Of a stretch of 64,000 nucleotides of DNA, positions 51,314 through 64,000 are shown in pieces. The translations under genes were made by a program, and so were the position numbers. Origin of the DNA: Callorhinchus milii (Eukaryota); NCBI RefSeq assembly GCF_018977255.1, contig NW_024704742.1:58716001-58780000 (forward strand), given 5' to 3'. A model generated the notes under the pieces. The model ran no database searches and was not told the DNA's origin. It saw only the letters and a program-made list of their open reading frames with translations. The number at the start of each line of letters is the position of its first letter. Positions within the stretch are counted from its first letter, which is position 1.

Positions 51314-53719
51314 CTGGACAAGACAAAATAAACACCAGTCGGTCACAGGGAGCTCGGACCCAACAACATCACAGTGTGGCCTTGGCCAGACACTCACTGC
51401 CTAGTCAATTCCTTTGCATTTTGCTGAGAACATACATCTTCACAACATGTGAAGCTGGTAATTGTTGCTCAAAATGACTGATTCAAAAGGAACTTTGAGA
51501 AACTTTGGATCCTGCCATCATCCCATTTTTAAAAAATATTCAACGTTCCCTCTCCCACGGTCGTGGGACATCTACACATTCCCGAGGCAGTTAAAAGATC
51601 AATCTACAGTTCCAACTGCCAAGCCTCAAAGTTTACCAAGAATGTACAGCACAGAAACAAGCCATTTGGCCCAACCAGTGCATGCTAGTATTTGTACTTC
51701 TCATGATTCTCCGCCCATGAGTCTGACTCCTTTCCAAACCCTTCTATTCCCCTCCCCCTAACATGAAGGTCTAGTTTCCTCTTGAATGTCTCCTTCTTAT
51801 TATCACAATGTAGAGAATTGTTGCAGCAGTTGAGGGATACAAGCCCTGTTCTTGAATTGTATTTTGTTTGGTTCTCATTCAAAGCACTCACACACGGGAA
51901 TCAATGCGGAAGAAACATTACTCCTCCATGACTTCAGCTTAAATATTCCTACATCCAGAGACTCCAATAGGCTTGAGCATTGCGGGAACATTAATAACTG
52001 AGTGCATGATAAAACTGATCTTGGTTAATTTAACTGGAATTTCTATTTGGTCTTAAGGGAACATTACAGATGTTCCTTCTTGACAATTCTGCAGAATGCT
52101 GGAGCCTGGAATGTGATCAGTGCAATGACATGCGAGTACACTTGTTTTTCACATGGCACAGCATCTTATAGCAACAAGAAGTTGATTAATACAGCCCTTC
52201 ATGTGTGGTAAAGTCTCAGAGTACTTTATAATGATGGGGTCAGACACTGAGCAGGGCAGAGAGGTTTTAATAGATGTAGTCAAAGAGGTAGGTTTTAAGG
52301 TGGGACAAAGCCATTTGGCTGTTGAAAACTGCATGAAACATCTTAGTATTGGTACAAATTCCTCAGGACAACACAAGGCAGATCGATGAGGCTGATCATA
52401 CAATATAATTTACATATGATAGTGCCTAACACATCGGAGAGACAGGTTCCCCAAATGTTTGACAATTCAAGCTGGGAACCAGAATTGAGAGTGTGAGCTA
52501 AGGGGGTTGAGTGGGGGGGAAAGATGACCAAAGGCAGGATCAAAGAGGTACATTTTGAGATGCATGTTGAAAAGGAAGGCGGGAGTAAGTCAGAGAAGTT
52601 AGGAATGAAGTTCCAGAGAGTGGAGAGTGGGTGCCAAGTGGCTGAAAAGCCTGCCTGCTGATGATGGGTCGGCTAGAGCAGGGGATGTGGAATAGGCCAG
52701 TGCCGGCTAGTGAAGGGAACAGCCAGGTTGGCTTGATTGAAGAAGGTTGCAGAGATGTTTACAAACATGTGCTGCTAAGAATGAGGCTCATTACACAGAA
52801 AAGCTCTATGAGATTTTGCTCACGGCTTTACAAGTTAAGCTACGGACAACACCTTTCGCAGAGAAAAAAATTCTCGAAGTGCAATGTACAGAAAGATGAT
52901 TTTGTGTTGTTATGAACAGAGCCAAACTTCTCAGTTTGGACTGGATTCATAGGAAAGGATGTAAAGGAATGTTAGAAGGGAATAGTTTATTTCCCTTGAA
53001 ATCTGAAATAAGCAATGTGTCATGGCCAATAATTCTCCAAAACATTGAAATTAATTTGTCTACTTATCTCACTGTTCTTTGTGGGATGGTGTTGGCACAG
53101 ATTAGTTATTTGCTTCCACAACACCATTCCACATTAAAAGCAAGTTTTTTATGTTATTGAGTTATGGCCAGATCATTAATTTGTGTGCAACCTTAGCCTT
53201 TGCTTCGATCCTCTATTATCTTTTATTCCTCACACTAAAAACCCTCATTTACCCATTTGTTTCCTATCTCCTGTCTAGACTTTATAAATGCACTCATTAC
53301 AATACAGTTTACATTTATATAACAACAACTTGCATTTATATGGCACCCTTCATCCAGGGTAGCATCCCAGAGCACCTTCTTACTAATCTTCTCCTACCCC
53401 ACTCCCCCCCCCCCCCCCCTTCTATTGTCTAACACAGACCTGCTACCCTTCCCTGATACCATTGGTGGCCATCTTTAGCTTTAATCTTCCTTACCTCTGG
53501 AACTCTCTCCCTCTAACCCTCCATCTCACTGCCTCTCTAACTGTCTTTAAATCTTGTCTAAAAATCTACGTCTTGTACTGCACCTCCCCACCTCTACCTT
53601 CTCCCTCGTTTGGTAATTGATCTCCATCCTTGTGAAGTGCTCCAAGACATTCTCTTATGTGAAAGACTTTTTATGTGATGTTTGATATCATCTATATAGG
53701 CATTAATATATTTGTTTCA

Positions 53720-53918
53720 CACTCGAGTTCTGTATTTTAACGTCCATTTGAACAGGCAGACTTGGATTAATGTCTCTTCCGAAGGACAACAACTCCAACC
53801 CTGTTATAAACCCCCAGCATTGCATTGCTAGGTCAATCTAGAGTATGCAAGTTCAAAGTCCTGACATGGGGCCTTTGTCTCTAAGGCAAACATGCTACTA
53901 AATGAGCCAGACTGACAT
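53720..53918 (-). mobile_element. SINE family A, 5' half
   Basis: Degenerate head and core. Confidence 0.6.
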
Positions 53919-54482
53919 AATTCCCAATTTGTTTTCTTTTAAAACAAAAGACTTTTCATGTTATGGCTTTTCACCGTAGTGATTAGTATTCACCAGCCAG
54001 CTATGACTTTATGATTATACCACTGTCAAGAATATCGACAGTACAGATATGGGATGTGGAATTTAGAAGCTGGGTTATCAGTGTGGCACTGAAAAGGTTA
54101 TCAAACCTGAAAATCCATCGACAGATTGATAATGAAAGTTATCGAAAGGGTTTAAAGCATTCAATAGAGTAATTCGCCACAGAAGCATTTGCAAAATGTG
54201 CAATGGCACGTAAAATAAAACAAACCTTGTGGCAGTGAGCAATGCTTCACATCATCGCACATTTTCATAGATTTAAACCGTGCTTCACACAGAATCAATC
54301 TAGGGCTCTCTTGGCAACTCACTAACACGATTGCATTGTCCATATGCAGGGAGTCCAATAGCCTGAAAATTTTCATGATCTTAGCTTTAAGATTACTCTC
54401 TTAAAATGCAAGACTAATTTGGGAAAATTCTTAAATTCACCCTTAATTTAAAAGCTTGTTTCTCGCAGTTCCTTTTATAATA

Positions 54483-54880
54483 TGATAATACTTGTATTTG
54501 ACATAGAGCCTTATCACATAGCCAAGACCTCTCAAAGCACTTCACAGGATATACTGTAAAGTGATGTTACTGTGTATTTTGTGGGCGAACGCAGTAGCTT
54601 ATTTCCACACAGCAGTGTTCCACAAACAGCCATTTGAGGGAGTGACCAACTTTATTTGGGGGATTGTTGGCAAGGACACTGGAAGAAACTCCCTTTTCTT
54701 TTTGAATTGTGCATTGGAATCTTTGACATCCACCTAAACATGCAGTGGGACCTCAGTTTCACGTCTCATCCGAAGAACCGCACCTCCAACATTGCACCGC
54801 TCCTGTAGCATTACGTTTGGTTTGAATTTACAGTCAGCCTAGACGGTAAGTTCAAAGTCCCAATGTGGGGCTTAAGCCTA
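54483..54880 (-). mobile_element. SINE family A
   Basis: Core and tail; head partly lost. Confidence 0.75.
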
Positions 54881-55874
54881 GCTCCTGCTGCCTTTTAAGA
54901 ATTTCAGGCCTGAGAATGAAGCCCACCTGTGCAAAGTGATAGTTCTTGTCAATGCAAATGACAACTTTGCAAATCTGACTTGAATCTGTATTAGACACAG
55001 CTGCAATCAGCTAACTCAGAACACACCAGGGATTGAACCTGGGACCTTCCAAGTCTGTATGACTTAGTTTCACTCTAAGCAATCAATTTTGCTAACAAGG
55101 AAGCTCCAATCCTCTCTGTTAAATCACCAAAAATCAGTTTCAGAGTTGGTTATTCACAACAGATTTCACTGAACAGTACCTTAAGCGAACTGCCGGAGAG
55201 TTAATATTTTCATATTAGATGGAAGGAAATTGAAAATCTAAATCCATTTTAATCTAAATCCACTATATTCGCTCTTTATTTGGGTTACCCGGTTCTGAGG
55301 ATATGGTAGCCTTCTGTACTAACCATTAAAGGTGTCCTTTCTACAATATTCAAATTCAGCAAATTAAAAGCAATACATCTGCATTGGGAATATGAACATG
55401 CCGCAGTTAAAAGCACATTAGAACTTGTAACAGATACAGCTCATTGATATTTCTGTGTAAATTTTGCCATAACGTTTTAATCGTCTATTGGGAACTGTGT
55501 TGATTTCTCTTTACAGAACAGTCATTCAAGGTCACATATCAGGACATCTGAATTCAGCAGCCAGTTATATAATACATCGTCTTGATCTGACTTTTGTGGA
55601 TGGTAATTCACTTGCACATGAAGGCAATATGTAACACTGCCTGGAGTCTATCAGCATAGGATTTAAATTGACAGTGGGCGAGAGGAATTCATGTGACATG
55701 CTGTCTGGGAGCTCACCAGTTCAGTCTCAACTGAAAGGCAAGAATAGATTTTCCACTCATCGGGCAGAAGCAGGTAGTCTGATGGCTGTGCCAAAGGAAT
55801 AATCCACTCCCGCTAGCATGCTCCCACTCACCAGTTTTCAGTAAGTAATTGCATACATCTTCCACCCAAGCTGA

Positions 55875-56293
55875 GTATCTCAGTTGTGTTCCCCATCTTT
55901 ATGAGGAAATGTGTTCAAGCCCTACACTCATCTTTGTGCTCAGCATTTAGGCTGACCTCCACTGGAGTTCTAGGGGAGCAGTACATTGCCATTGTTTGAA
56001 TTAGACATTAAACCGAGATTTTGTCGCCTGTTCAGATGGACGTTAAAGATCCCACACCACTGTTCTAAAAGGGAAGGAAATTTCTCCTGGCATTCCAGCC
56101 AACAATCCCCCAAATACAATTGGCCATTGACTTCATGGCTGTTATGGACATTTCATGGACATTACTGCGAACAAATTGATTTTTCCCAATAGCCTAGAAA
56201 ATGCAATCACTACACTTTCCAGTAAATCTGTGAAGCGTTTTCAAACATCCTTCTGACATAAAAGTGCCACATCAAATGCAAAGATTATTATTA
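55875..56293 (+). mobile_element. SINE family A, degenerate
   Basis: TTAAACCGAG..CTGTTCAGATGGACGTTAAAGATCCCA core; tail. Confidence 0.7.
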
Positions 56294-56675
56294 TCAACAT
56301 TATGACAGAGTAGATAGACAAACTTTGTGGCGTTGCAGATTTGAGTCTAAATCTTTATACCCTGAGCTGCCCTCTGCTTCAGATGTTGTCCCTCATATCT
56401 CCTGTGACCCAATTAAAATAAGATGCTGTGACTTACTTTTCACAACAGCAAATTAACATTGGAAGGTGTGGAGTATTTCACCTTCTTGGTTGTATATTTA
56501 TGAGAGATTTAGCTGGTATAAGAATTCCAACATGGAGAGAATCGTCCCCTGAAGTTTTAAAGTGTAAAGTAAACTGAGAAACATAATACCCAACAGTGCA
56601 AGGATGGGTGGAAAGGAGAGCGTGAGAGTGAAAGGGGGGTGGTGAGAGTAGAGTTGTTACATTCTACAAGTTATA

Positions 56676-57432
56676 CAACAACAACAAAATTACACTTGTA
56701 TAGAGCCTTTCAGGTCAGGAAGACACTCCAAGGCGCTGGACAGTCAATGTTTCGGAACTGAGCTGGGGGTCGGGATTGGGGAGGGTGGAGGCCAGGGGTG
56801 GGAAGGATGGTGATCAAAAGCATGGTCGAAGAAGAGGGTCTTGAAACGGGTTTTGAAAGAGGCAAGGGAGTGGGCGAGGCAGAGGGACTGCAGGATGGAG
56901 TCCCAGAGGGCAGGGCAGAGTGGCAGAATACTCGCCACCAATGGTGGGGCGGGCAAGGTGGGGGCTGTGAAGCAGGCCACTGAGTGGAGGAAGCAGGCAG
57001 CTTGGTAGGGGGTTAGGAGGTCGCAGAGGCAGTGGGGCAGCAAGGCCATGGAAGAGTTTAAAGGTGAGGACCAGTAACGTGAACTGTATCACCTGTGTGA
57101 TGGGAAGCCAGTGGAGTTGGGCAAGGATGGGGGTGATAGGGTCATGGAGCCTGGTGCAGGAGAGGACATGGGCTGCTGAGTTTTGGATGATCTGCAGCCT
57201 ATGGAAGGATGAGTCAGGGAGGCTGACAAGCAGGGAGTTTGCGTAGTCAAGCCTGGATGTTATGAATGTGTGTATGAGGGTTTCGGCGGCCTGTGGTGCG
57301 AGACACTGGTGGAGCCGGGCGATATTGTGGAGGTGGGGGAAGGCAGAGAAGGTCATGGCATGGATGTGGGGTAGAAAGGATAGTTGAGGGTCAAACAAGA
57401 TGCCAAGGTTCTGGACTGGCTTAGTAAGGTGA
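56676..57432 (-). mobile_element. L2 LINE 3' fragment
   Basis: VQNLGILFDPQLSF..AETLIHTFITSRLDYANSLL..LQIIQNSAA..ITPILAQLHWLPI; (TTG)n tail. Confidence 0.9.
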
Positions 57433-57545
57433 AGTGTTATAATTCTAGCGCAATATATATTTACCTTTTCTGCAGTACACAGACAATAAATGAGATGGCC
57501 ATAAAATGAATGAAGTTTGTTTGTCGCACAGTTTGTTTCATTGCA

Positions 57546-58110
57546 AATGCCCTGCTTGTCGGCCTTCCCAACTCGTCCCTCCACAGGCTGCAGATAATCC
57601 AGAACTCTGCAGCCCGTGTCCTCTCCCGCACCAAACTACGTGACCCCATCTCCCCCTTTCCCGCCTGACTCCATTGACTCCCTATCCTTCAGCGGATCGA
57701 GTTCAAAATACTGGTCCTCACCTACAAAGCCCTCCATGGCCTCGCCCCACCCTACCTCTGCGACCTCCTAACCTCCACCAACCCGCTCGCTCCCTCCGCT
57801 CAGCCGCCTCTGGCCTGCTACACATCCCCCGACCCACCCGCCCCACCACTGGTGGGAGAGACATCAGCCACTCTGCCCCCAAGCTCTGGAATTCCATCCC
57901 CCAATCACTCCGCCTCACCCCCTCCTTAACCTCCTTCAAGTCCCGCCTCAAAACCCTCCTCTTCGACTATGCCATCGGCACACCACTTCCCTTCCCCTCC
58001 CTTCTCCCTCCCTGACCCCAGCTCGGGTCTGAAATACTGTACATTGTCCATCGCCTTGGAACGTCCTCCCGACGTGAAAGGCGCTATACAAATGTAGTCC
58101 TGTTGTTGTA
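57546..58110 (+). mobile_element. L2 LINE 3' fragment
   Basis: GGRDISHSAPKLWNSIPQSLR..FKSRLKTLLF; tail ACGTCCTCCCGACGTGAAAGGCGCTATACAAAT. Confidence 0.9.
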
Positions 58111-60064
58111 TATACCTATACACCCTGCATTGCATCTTTCCTGGATACTTTATTTACACGCAAAATGTGACGTCTTTTGGAAATTAATTAAAAGCTTTGG
58201 AGTAACCATCCACAAGACTTGTTTATGATCAAATGTACTAAACCTGACCAGTGGTAACAAAAAGGCTTTCAAACGAAAATGTCCACATCGGCATCTGAAA
58301 CCTTCAGACTAACCAGAAACCGACAAGCGGGACTTGAAATCTCGCTAAAATGTACTCAGATGCACAATGACACAGGGGTTTACCCTGAATTGTGATTATT
58401 CAAATGTGATGAAGCCTAGTACACAGTTATTGCAGGTTGTCATCGTCACTTCACTGCTCAGATGAGCCGGACAAACAATCATTTTAACCAAGGAGCTGGG
58501 AAAATATGCCTAGGGTGTCACTCACTCATAAACTAACTGAGCCGCCATTATGCCAAGTGCTAGGGAATGACCACTCAGTCCGACGGCACTTAAACCATTT
58601 ACTTTACAGTCATTAGGCTCATTCTTCAGAAATCTGTAATGAAAGAACTTGGTTTGGGGTGAACTGAAATCATTTCAGAAAGCAAGGCCGATGCAGCACT
58701 CTCCTATTAGGTTACGATTACAAGTATTATTCTCCAAAAGGGCACGTTCTTCCCCATAGAAATGGTTGTGTTTACAAAGGCATAAAAAGCAGATAATTGG
58801 AAAGTAGTGAATGGAATTATCGCCTGTGGTGTCACTGTAGGCTTGTTGTGTCAACTCCTCTTTAGGTAGCTTGCAACCAACCAAATCAATACAGCCACAA
58901 CAATTATTTTCACCTTACGCTATAATTCACGTTACATTGAATGATAGACATGTAACAGTTGATTGATTTCCTTTTTTTTCCCCAAAAAAATCTGTACCTG
59001 CACTTTTATAGAAACTTGGGTTTTGTGCTTTCTTGTTTGAGTTATTTAACTTTACCGATCCCCTCCAATGCAATTAACGTTTCAACAAGCCTTTTATTTG
59101 TTCTTTCAATTATGAGAAAGGTCATTCTCTGCTTCAGATCTCGGTTGCTGGCACCCTATGGCTGGCTCTCTATGAAACAGTTTGAAGAAACAGTCCACTG
59201 CAGAAAGGACAACCACAACTTGATCCCTTGGGTCAGGAACTGGCTCAATTTTAAGACGACAATTAGCGTTTTAACCTGGATTTGTTTTAAAAAATCATTT
59301 AAAATTCTACCTCTTCCTCCGACTCCCCACGACCACCACACCCCCCTCAACTCCTCCTCTTCAGGATGTGACCAAGGTAGGATCCAGCTCCACGGATAAT
59401 TCACAACTTCTCCAGAATCTTGTCCAAGTGACCACAACAACAACTTTCGGCTATGTAGCGCCCTTCATGTAGGGTAACATCCCGGAGCGCTTCACAGTAG
59501 CTTAGTCTGACAATGAGCCAGGTGGAGGGTGACCGTAAACACGATCAAAAAGGGAAGTCTTTAGGCAGGATTTTCATATGACCATTGTTTATATGTAAGC
59601 TTGGATAGCAGGGATTAACACACAACGCTCATTGACTAATTTTTTTTCATTCTGTCAATGATAGCAGTTCAGCTATAAAAACTGGAGCCTTCATCCAGCT
59701 CTTGCATAAACATAGGAGTACATTTGCTTAGTAAAACAACCACTGTGTTTGTCAGTAAGTACTTGTAAAACACCTTGAGACATTTCTCACTCTCTGTTCA
59801 GGTGGACATTTAAAGATCTCATGGCATTATTTAAAAAGAGAAGCAAGTTTCTCCTGGACGCACCTTTAGTTACAAGGCTGGACATTTGCATTTGGTCTCA
59901 TCTGCACAGCAAATGGACATTCCCACCTTCAAACAAGTACATGCACATATATCGCCTCCCGCTCTACTGAAGCAATTGGATGTAGATTTGCCTCCAACAT
60001 TCTCCAGTGAGCTGTTGCTTAAACATGCTTATATATCTAGGTGCCAAGTGAAGGTAAGTGCTTA

Positions 60065-60340
60065 TTATTAATAATAATAAAAATCCTTGCATTTGATATA
60101 GTGCTTTATCTTGGTGTTGGGATGTCTTACAAGTACTTCACAGGAATTACTGTAAAGTGTAGTGACTGTGAATCCGACAGGCTATTTTGCACACAGGATT
60201 ATCCCACAACAGCCAGAAAGTGAACAATCATTTTTTTTAAAAAAAATGGAGATTATTGGCCAGGATACTGGAAGAAACCTATTTTGTTCTTTAACACCCA
60301 CAAGACCCTGGTTTAATACCTTATCCGAAGGACAAGACAT
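60065..60340 (-). mobile_element. SINE family A, 3' part
   Basis: Tail and degenerate core. Confidence 0.65.
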
Positions 60341-60549
60341 CAATTTCTGTGTGGAGAGGAAGAGAAAGTCTGAGAGAGTCTTGGGGACATGAGTATTGGA
60401 TGATTTTGAGGTGGCTGCACAGCTCCTTTGGTGAGACCTGGGAGCAGGTCTCCCAGGCAATCCTCTCTGTCAGCATACAAAGAGGTGAACATTCTTTTGC
60501 TGTGAAATGTTAATTAACATTGGGTGTTGTTGAAAATTCTTCTCCTTTG

Positions 60550-60770
60550 AAAGCTAAAGTAATTAGAGGGCATCAATTTAAGATAATTAATTTAAAAAAG
60601 AGCAAAGAGATTAGGATGATTTCTTTTACACAGAGAGTTATTAGGATGTGGAATGCTATGTGTGGTGGTCAGAATAGAATCTATATTAGCTTTGAAGGGG
60701 AACTAGAAAAATATCTAAAGAGGAGTAATATGGGGGAAAGGCAGGTAATTGGGACGGAACGGATTGCTGA
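60550..60770 (+). mobile_element. CR1 LINE 3' fragment
   Basis: IRGHQFKI..FTQRVIRMWNAM..SFEGELEKYL. Confidence 0.75.
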
Positions 60771-60874
60771 ATGGATTACGGTTGTGCCATAATCCATTCA
60801 GCAATCCACTCAGTACCAATTACCTGCCTTTCTAGACTAAGCTAGTCTCTGGCACCTGCACAACTTGCCAACCA

Positions 60875-61262
60875 CCACAACAACAACTTGCACCTATACA
60901 GCGTCCTATACGTGGGACAGTGTCTCAGAGCGCTTAACAGTGGCGGAACCTGACACCTGACTCCAAGCCGGGAGCGGTGGGGGGAGCCGAGAGAGGTGAC
61001 CGTAAGCACGGTTGAAAAAGAAGGTTTTCAGATGGGACTTGAAAAAGGGGAGAGAGGGGGTAAGGCGGAGGGATTGAGGGAGAGTATTCCAGAGTTTCGG
61101 AGCATAGTGGCTGAAAGTGTGACCTCCAATGGTGGAGCAGGAGGTGCAAGGAACAAACAGGAGGCCTATGCCAGTTGAGCGGAGGCACCAGGTGATAGAT
61201 TGGGGAGTGGGGAAGTTGGAGAGATAGGGAGGTATCAGGGAGTGCATGGATTTGAACACAAC
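60875..61262 (-). mobile_element. L2 LINE 3' fragment
   Basis: IGGHTFSHYAPKLWNTLPQSLR..FKSHLKTFFF; (TTG)n tail. Confidence 0.85.
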
Positions 61263-62002
61263 ACAGAAATGCTCGTATCCTATTAACAGGAACTGCATTG
61301 CTGGCATCTTTGGACTCTAGGACCCTACCTTGCATGAGGGGAGCTATATAGCTGCAAGTTGAATAGAAATGTGAGTGCATACACCTTTGTAATCCCTGTA
61401 CTAAATCTGTGGCAAGGTGAGGTAGTTCTTCCGACAGATCTTTATTAAATACAAAAGTCCTACACAGTTCCATTTGTATTCCTCAAGTCTGCTTCTGTAC
61501 TTCTGTTAAGAGCCTGGTGGTGTCTGGTGCTTAGCAATCAAGCCTGCAAGGTATATTGTAATATTTACTCTTATTTCAATACAACAGTAATAAATTCATA
61601 AAAAATAACAATAAATAACAAGGAGGGTTTGTCCAAACCACAGACACTAACCAACATTATTTCAATGCAGGAGTACGGTTTCTATTTTAGTGTTCAAAGG
61701 CAAAATATTGGTTCATTCAGAAATAGAATAGCCAATGATTCAGAGCTTGCTTGGGTTTGAAGTGGAGCTGGGACTAGAGGTCACTGTGGTAAGACTAACC
61801 CAATCAGTAGTACACTATTCGAACAATGATTGATAAGCATTCTCATTTATGTTTTGGTGATTGATTGAGAATGAAAATGCAATACAGTGCATCTCACTTT
61901 ATAACTTGGGTTTGCTTCCAAGCCAGGTGCCCTTTGGGTACACTGTTCATGGGCAGGATGTGAATGCACAATCAAATCTACTCGTGTTGATAGGTTACGT
62001 TT

Positions 62003-62386
62003 TGGAGCCCTGCAGCTCACTGGTTAGAGCACTCGCCTTGCAAGCGAGAGGCCCCCGGGTTCGATTCTCAGGCAGGGCGAAATGTTAGGCAAGTTTTCTT
62101 AATCCACACATCTGTTTACCTAGAAATAAGTAGGAACCCGGTTATTACTCGATTGGTGGATCACTTTCCGGGGATAATAATCCCTCCAAAATAAATTAAT
62201 TTAATTTAAAACATAATAATTTGGTCACTCAATCCATGATTGCTTATGGGACACTGCTGTGCGCAATTGGCTGCCGCACTTCAACTACAAAATATACAGT
62301 CAATTCACTTTACAATATGTACTGTGAAGCGCTTTCAGATGTCTCAAAAATATGTTAAGGCACTATATCAAATGCAAGGATTATTA
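62003..62386 (+). mobile_element. SINE family B, long variant, full length
   Basis: GGAGCCCTGCAGCTCACTGGTTAGAGCACTCGCCTTGCAAGCGAG head, central domain, tail. Confidence 0.88.
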
Positions 62387-62919
62387 GGTTGTGTACTGTG
62401 AGGACCGGTGATCACATCCTGTTATAATGCTGGTTAGGATTTGGTAAACCTACCAACTGATATAACAGAGTTCACAAACTGGAAGCTGATGCACTGAGAG
62501 CGACTTAAATGCTGATAACAGTCTATGAATAAAATCTGATATTCAATTAAAACATCTGGGAATCTGAAAAAGCCAGCATTTTGCTTTCCGACCTTTGTTC
62601 ATAGTTTCTAAGCCTTTTCTCACTAAAGGTCAGTCGTGATCGCAAATCAGAAGTTGCTGTTAATTTTGATTTATGAATGTCACAGTTTCAACCTCAAAGA
62701 GGTCTTTCACCTGCTGAGGAGATGAACTATCTTTTGTCTTCATTCATGCTGATACCATGGGGCGAAAAATGTGACATTTGATCGCTGCAAATTGTGGTCA
62801 AATCAATTGCTAAAGATTAGTCATTCGATAACTAACTCTGGCAACCACCATTGGGGTTCCTGCTCGCACAGCGCATTGCATTTGAATACTGCTTCAAGGG
62901 ACATCATCCAAATTTAATA

Positions 62920-63125
62920 ATAATATAATGATAATTGCATTTGATGTTGTCAAAACATCTCCAAGCACTTGACAGACTTTTGCTGTAAAGTCTAATTTGC
63001 GCACAGCAATGTTCCACAAGCAGCCATGAAGTGAATGATCAAATTTATCTGGGGAATTGTTAACCAGGACACTGGGCAGGAACTCTTTTTCATTTTCAAA
63101 TAGTGTCATTGGATCTTTAACATCT
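62920..63125 (-). mobile_element. SINE family A, 3' half
   Basis: TTAAAGATCC..GTGTCCTGG core and tail. Confidence 0.65.
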
Positions 63126-64000
63126 CCCACTCTATCCTCACACAATATACAACTACCCTTGCACTTACGGGGGAAATTGATGAAAAATCCAAGGCCATTT
63201 GAGGATGAACGAAAGAAAATATTTACCTGAAAAATGTTGACTCCAGAAGGTAGTCAAGCAAAGCACGAGAAGAGTTACCAAGCCACCGCCAACACAAGAC
63301 CAATGCTCAATATCCCCATGTACCCTGCTACACTGCTATTGCTGTCATACGGCAGATAAGGCTGCAGCATGTGATTGTCTCTATTCCTTAAGAATTCTGC
63401 CTAGATTTCTCTTGACTGAATGGGTGCTATTAATATGATAATCTTGAAAATTCCCATCAGAAAGGGTGTCCTCTTGATATTATTTTCTCTCTTTATGTTT
63501 ATGTCAGAAAAACTATTGCTTTCAGGTATGCTGCACGGAAGCACCAATGAATAGCCGCAGTAAGTGCCAGGTCATGGGTCTGAGCTCATGATGCTCCACA
63601 TTGCTTAGACTCTAATCATCACTGCACCTCTGTTAGGGGAAGTGAGTGTCTCCTCCCCAGTGAGGCAATATCAGATAAAATTCATCCAAATCTCTCAGCA
63701 TTAGGATTCAGAATATTGGCTGGAGACCTAGGGGCAAGTTTACCTCTTGGTTAAGGCTGCACAGTGTATTGGAAAACACCTGTCAAGAAGGACACAAAGT
63801 AACTAAAACCAGAAGGAGAATTATAATCCTGGATGTATGATTGGATATTTTGTGATTTCTTTGCTGTGTCCTTCAATGGGTCAGTCACGATGAATTTGAA
63901 CACAAGCAAAACTAGCCAGGGAGATTACAATCTAAATCAATCTAATGCTTCTATGGTTAACAGATCATGTATTGAATGAGGAAGACTGCTCTATCTTCAG

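Noticed and set aside
56814..57584. 256-aa ORF
   Set aside because: Chimera of antisense L2, spacer and a decayed L2 ORF2 piece that drifts out of frame; not a gene.
62003..62080. tRNA gene
   Set aside because: The tRNA-like sequence continues directly into SINE body and tail; it is a SINE head.
8445..62386. Strand bias of SINE B (mostly minus)
   Set aside because: Only about ten copies, and SINE A shows no bias; sample too small.
63220..63370. Possible upstream non-coding TENM3 exon (donor TTCAG|GTAAAT on minus strand)
   Set aside because: No convincing acceptor or promoter/CpG island; cannot be supported without transcripts.

Overview
Vertebrate nuclear DNA, AT-rich and repeat-dense. The SINE, L2 and CR1 content suggests a cartilaginous fish, plausibly a chimaera; this is inference. 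The only protein-coding gene I can support is teneurin-3 (TENM3) on the minus strand. Its first coding exon is 51313-51009 (ATG at 51237) and the next coding exon is 39641-39360. Together they encode the start of the intracellular N-terminal domain, with canonical phase-1 GT-AG junctions. Everything else is intronic or upstream: two tRNA-derived SINE families sharing an L2-type 3' tail, many 5'-truncated L2 and CR1 fragments, microsatellites, and palindromic MITE-like repeats I could not name. There is no prokaryotic-type system, CRISPR array or intact autonomous element, and I found no convincing wholly new biological system. The best leads are two uORFs against the TENM3 start codon, a 97-nt fold-back hairpin at the end of a CR1 fragment, two unnamed palindromic repeat families, a young SINE subfamily lacking its central domain, and nested or inverted retroelement arrangements. 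Repeat boundaries are approximate (about +/-20 nt); exon, uORF and hairpin coordinates were counted base by base.
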